64,000 nucleotides of DNA from Clostridia bacterium (GTDB taxonomy: Bacteria; Bacillota; Clostridia; Clostridiales; Clostridiaceae): contig JAAYTB010000019.1 in assembly GCA_012523855.1 (NCBI GenBank), positions 2,105 through 66,104 on the forward strand, given 5' to 3'. Positions 60,735 through 64,000 of the stretch are shown piece after piece. Under the pieces are notes generated by a model. That model saw only the letters and a program-made list of their open reading frames with translations, ran no database searches and was not told where the DNA came from. Position numbers and translations under genes: made by a program. How positions within the stretch are numbered: position 1 is the stretch's first letter; each line of letters starts with the position of its first letter.

Positions 60735-61421
60735 TTACAATATTCCTTTTTCTTTCATGCTCACGTAAGAACCATTACCTATTATGATATGATCCAAAAC
60801 CTGTATACCTATTAACTTGCCACATTCTCTCAATCTATGAGTAATATTTACATCTTCATTACTTGGTGTAGGATCCCCTGATGGATGATTATGACATATA
60901 ATTATAGATGTAGCATTACGCTTTATAGCTTCTGTAAAAACTTCCCTAGGATGTACTATAGATGTATTTATACTGCCTACAGAAACATCTTTCATCAATA
61001 TTACCCTGTTTTTTGTATTGACTAAAATTATCTTTAAAACCTCTTGTTTTAGAGTTCTCATAGATTCCATCACCAAATCAGCTACAGCTGAAGGAGAAGT
61101 TATTCTATACTCTTCACCGGACTTATAGGATCTAAACCGCTTTGAAATCTCAGCTAAAGCTAATAGTTGAGCAGCCTTTGCCTTCTTTACACCTTTTAAT
61201 TTCATAAAATCCTGGGCGTTAGAAGTTAACAAACCGTTCAGACCACCTGTTTCCGTTAATATTCGGTTACAAAGATTAATTATATTTTCTCCCTTACTTC
61301 CGCTTCTTAATATTATTGCTAATAATTCACTATTAGAGAGATTTTCAGGCCCATATCTAAGTAATCTTTCCCTAGGCCTTTCATTTACTGGTAAATCCAT
61401 AATCTTAATTGTGTTATCCAT
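60735..61421 (-). CDS. radC: RadC/JAB-domain protein
   Basis: [29 protein letters not shown]. Confidence 0.97.
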   Translation of the reverse strand: MDNTIKIMDLPVNERPRERLLRYGPENLSNSELLAIILRSGSKGENIINLCNRILTETGGLNGLLTSNAQDFMKLKGVKKAKAAQLLALAEISKRFRSYKSGEEYRITSPSAVADLVMESMRTLKQEVLKIILVNTKNRVILMKDVSVGSINTSIVHPREVFTEAIKRNATSIIICHNHPSGDPTPSNEDVNITHRLRECGKLIGIQVLDHIIIGNGSYVSMKEKGIL

Positions 61422-61434
61422 AAACCTACTCCTT

Positions 61435-62010
61435 TTATAGATTTACCCCTATCCCCTTTAATATATTTCTAAGCTTATTGATGGGAAGACCAACAACGCT
61501 ATAGTAACATCCATTAATCTTTTCTACAAAAACTCCACCAAGACCTTGTATGCCATAGGCTCCGGCTTTATCTAAAGGCTCTCCAGTATCTACATATTTT
61601 TCTATTTCCTCTTGGGTTAACTGTGAAAATGTTACCTCTGTTCTTGTATAGTCACTTATTAACTTTCCATCCTTCTTATTTATAACAATGAATCCTGAAA
61701 AAACTTCATGGCTTCTGCCGCTAAGTTTTTTTAGCATAGCTATAGCGTCTTCTCTATCTATTGGCTTGCCTAAAACAACACCATCTAAGGCTACTATGGT
61801 ATCACAGGCTATAATCACAGCTTCATCCTTAATCTTTTGGGATACTGATAAAGCTTTCCCTCTAGATAATTGGATAACGTAATTACCGCAGTCACCTTTA
61901 AACTCAATGCTGTTCTCGTCAAAATCGCTTATTATAATAGAGAAGTTATCCACTAACTTTTTAAGTAGCTCCTGCCTTCTTTCTGAAGCAGAGGCTAATA
62001 TTATTTTCAC
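61435..62010 (-). CDS. maf: Maf nucleotide pyrophosphatase
   Basis: ILASASERR, DTIV, LGKP, GEPLDKAGAYGIQG, VVGLP. Confidence 0.97.
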   Translation of the reverse strand: MKIILASASERRQELLKKLVDNFSIIISDFDENSIEFKGDCGNYVIQLSRGKALSVSQKIKDEAVIIACDTIVALDGVVLGKPIDREDAIAMLKKLSGRSHEVFSGFIVINKKDGKLISDYTRTEVTFSQLTQEEIEKYVDTGEPLDKAGAYGIQGLGGVFVEKINGCYYSVVGLPINKLRNILKGIGVNL

Positions 62011-62023
62011 GGATGATCACTTC

Positions 62024-62287
62024 CTAGTATTTTCTATATAGTATTATTGCCACAATTATACCAACTATAGACATAATATTCAAATTTAAATTCAATCCAA
62101 AATTTAATGTGAAAACTCCTAAGTTCAATGTTACCGGTGAACCCGTACCAATAGTATATACGTGTTTTAAAAAATTTAGTGCGGTAATATCACTTAACAT
62201 TTCACCTAAGAGGCTCCCTGTAAGAGCACCCAATAGTATAAGAAAAATAAAAAAAGCTGAAGATTTACCTGAACCTTTCAAATCCAT
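62024..62287 (-). CDS. DUF4321 small membrane protein
   Basis: Hydrophobic 87-aa protein (ILLGALTGSLLG..LNLGVFTLNFG) upstream of maf. Confidence 0.8.
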   Translation of the reverse strand: MDLKGSGKSSAFFIFLILLGALTGSLLGEMLSDITALNFLKHVYTIGTGSPVTLNLGVFTLNFGLNLNLNIMSIVGIIVAIILYRKY

Positions 62288-62487
62288 CCCTCTCTTTTTG
62301 AATAATCAAGTAATATCAATTCTCCCCAACAAACAATAAAATTTCTCTTTTTAAGGACTAGGCCTTCAAAATTTCACTTGTTTATTCAAATCCATTACAT
62401 CTTTTATAGTTTATCATTTAATAAAGCCATAAACAAGTCTGTTTCCACAGTTAAACAAAAAAATTCACAATAAAAATTTTATTTAAA

Positions 62488-62510
62488 AAGCGTTGCCTAA
62501 TGCAACGCTT
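62488..62510 (-). terminator. Terminator after the SPOR-like gene
   Basis: AAGCGTTGC-N5-GCAACGCTT followed by TTT on the minus strand. Confidence 0.75.
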
Positions 62511-62513
62511 AAA

Positions 62514-63224
62514 TTACTTTCTACTTCCTATTTTTAAGATTATATTGTATATATATAAATACCCCTCTTCTACCTTGCTTGAATCCACTTCTGCCGGCAA
62601 GGAATTTATATAAGCTATATATTCTTCTGCCAAATTATAATTCTTACTATTCTTATCCAACTTCTCCGTTTCTTTTTTTAACCACTCTTTGTATTCCTCT
62701 GTCTTTACCGATGCAGCATTGCTTTGACTCAAGGCATTTAATATTTGTAAGTGTCCTTTCATTATCTCCACTAGAATATTGATAGTTCTATCTGTGGTGT
62801 CCACCTCATAGGTAACTTTTGAATTTGCTAAACCTTGCTGGTCCAATTTGCTTTTTAACTTTTCATATTCTGATTTATTAAATATTCCTGCAAATATTCT
62901 AAAACTTCCTTCTTCTTCAACCATAAAGGGTATAGTTGCTGTATTGAGTTTTTCCTTCTGTAAATCTGCATTGTCTTTCTTCTGATAAAAGCCACTTTGA
63001 ACTAGTATAAACTCATATATATTGTCCTTGTTTTTAACTCTTTTCTCCTGAACCCCTCCAGTCTCTCCACCATTTTCAGTCTTTCCCTTATCACCAGTCT
63101 TTAAAAACATATTAGACAGCAGGGTTCCAATAAGTACAGCTGCTAAAACTATACTTAGCATTATAACTACAAAGGACATTTTGTCTTCTTTTTTTCTTCT
63201 ATAATCGTATCTTGTGTATTTCAT
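62514..63224 (-). CDS. Single-pass membrane protein with SPOR-like domain
   Basis: Basic N-terminus, one TM, linker, FILVQSGFYQKKDNA (SPOR-like strand-helix), RIFAGIF; start ATG 63224 after GAGGTG. Confidence 0.75.
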   Translation of the reverse strand: MKYTRYDYRRKKEDKMSFVVIMLSIVLAAVLIGTLLSNMFLKTGDKGKTENGGETGGVQEKRVKNKDNIYEFILVQSGFYQKKDNADLQKEKLNTATIPFMVEEEGSFRIFAGIFNKSEYEKLKSKLDQQGLANSKVTYEVDTTDRTINILVEIMKGHLQILNALSQSNAASVKTEEYKEWLKKETEKLDKNSKNYNLAEEYIAYINSLPAEVDSSKVEEGYLYIYNIILKIGSRK

Positions 63225-63349
63225 TTTTTCACCTCTCAATTCTATAAAAAATATAAAAACAAAAGCACTTAGATATAAATTATCTGAACTACTTAAAAAA
63301 ATACTATTTTCCATACAATAATATTAAATATAGTTGAATTTTATACCAA

Positions 63350-63380
63350 AAAAAGACCGACAAAATTTGTCGGTCTTTTT
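63350..63380 (-). terminator. Terminator after the NlpC/P60 gene
   Basis: AAAAAGACCGAC-N7-GTCGGTCTTTTT. Confidence 0.85.
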
Positions 63381-63396
63381 TAAAGGTTTACGTAAA

Positions 63397-64000
63397 TTAT
63401 TTTAAAATTCTTCTAGCCCCAACATAAGTACGTGTATAATAACTATTGCTAAGTTGACTAACCGTTATACATCCACTTCCAGAAGAGGCGTGGATAAATT
63501 CTCCATTACCCACATACATACCAACGTGAGAAATATTTACCCCGTTAGTATTAAAGAAAAGTAAATCTCCAGGCTGTAAATTGGCCTTTGCTACTGCTGC
63601 ACCTACCTTAGCCTGATCCTCTGCTACACGTGGCAAGGTTACTCCAATGGATTTATAACAATATACAGTAAATCCGGAACAATCGAAAACATTGGGACCA
63701 TTACCACCCCATACATAGGGCTTGCCAATTTGATTGTATGCAGTTTCCATTAATAGTGATACGTCACCATCAGCAAAGGCTGCTCCACCAGTAAAACCAC
63801 CTCTGGAATAACTCTGGCTGCTTGCGGTTACCCTCTTAGGGATTTTAATTGTTTTTTTAGTTGATACTGTAGTAGCTGATTTTAACATAACGGCCTGTTG
63901 TTCTCCTGCGGTAGTATCTGCCTTTGCTGTATAACTTCCTAGGTGTAAACCTATACATATAGCAAAAGTAAAAACACTACCTGACAGTACTTTTGTTCTC
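63397..64000 (-). CDS. Secreted NlpC/P60 (C40) peptidoglycan hydrolase, 5'-partial
   Basis: GKPYVWGG, FDCSGF, LPRVA, HVGMY, FIHAS; the frame stays open to the window edge and adds a signal peptide (..FTFAICIGLHLGSYTAKA-DTT..). Confidence 0.93.
   Translation of the reverse strand, partial: RTKVLSGSVFTFAICIGLHLGSYTAKADTTAGEQQAVMLKSATTVSTKKTIKIPKRVTASSQSYSRGGFTGGAAFADGDVSLLMETAYNQIGKPYVWGGNGPNVFDCSGFTVYCYKSIGVTLPRVAEDQAKVGAAVAKANLQPGDLLFFNTNGVNISHVGMYVGNGEFIHASSGSGCITVSQLSNSYYTRTYVGARRILK

Noticed and set aside
60735-61421. radC as a marker of a mobile or anti-restriction element
   Set aside because: Full-length chromosomal radC in the standard maf-radC-mreB operon.
62330-62480. AT-rich intergenic region with a DnaA-box-like TTTCCACAG
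   Set aside because: Single degenerate match with no box cluster; not an origin.
1-64000. Mobile elements, prophage, CRISPR arrays, rRNA and tRNA genes
   Set aside because: No transposase, integrase or phage ORFs, no regularly spaced repeats, no tRNA cloverleaf or rRNA signatures, and intergenic gaps are too short; composition looks uniform by eye.

Overview
A low-GC, spore-forming Clostridium-type (Clostridiaceae) chromosome segment made almost entirely of conserved core genes, nearly all on the minus strand. In the direction of transcription (right to left) it contains: NlpC/P60 hydrolase; SPOR-like membrane protein-DUF4321-maf-radC-mreBCD-pbp2-minCDE; rodA-mgsA; spoIVFA-like M23-spoIVFB; TIGR03960/TIGR03936 radical-SAM pair; rng; rplU-prp-rpmA; obgE-yhbY-nadD-yqeK-LCP-rluD; a divergent D,D-carboxypeptidase; comEA and comEC separated by three small genes; holA; divergent rpsT; gpr; spoIIP; lepA-hemW-hrcA-grpE-dnaK-dnaJ-prmA-rsmE-mtaB-HIT; rpsU-yqeY; yqfC-yqfD-pgpH-ybeY-dgkA-cdd-era-recO-DUF4342; ccpN-ppdK; divergent cotS; dGTPase-dnaG-rpoD; and a membrane protein running off the left edge. 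I found no transposase, integrase, prophage, CRISPR array, rRNA or tRNA, and no clear novel multi-gene system. The best leads are small: (1) ribosomal L27 with Cys instead of Phe at the Prp cleavage site, next to a Prp with an altered active-site loop; (2) a SPOR-like single-pass protein at the chromosomal position of Bacillus spoIIB; (3) the uncharacterised TIGR03960/TIGR03936 pair; (4) an anti-SD hairpin in the lepA leader; (5) a periodic GTAATT array and long palindrome at the ccpN promoter, upstream of a ppdK with very strong high-expression codon bias; (6) a CTG start for recO; (7) orphan genes between comEA and comEC. Two genes missed by the ORF track (rpsU and the left-edge membrane protein) were recovered, and the right-edge NlpC/P60 ORF was extended to the window edge. 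All family assignments come from motif and synteny recognition, not database searches. Several start codons were moved to fit Shine-Dalgarno (SD) positions.
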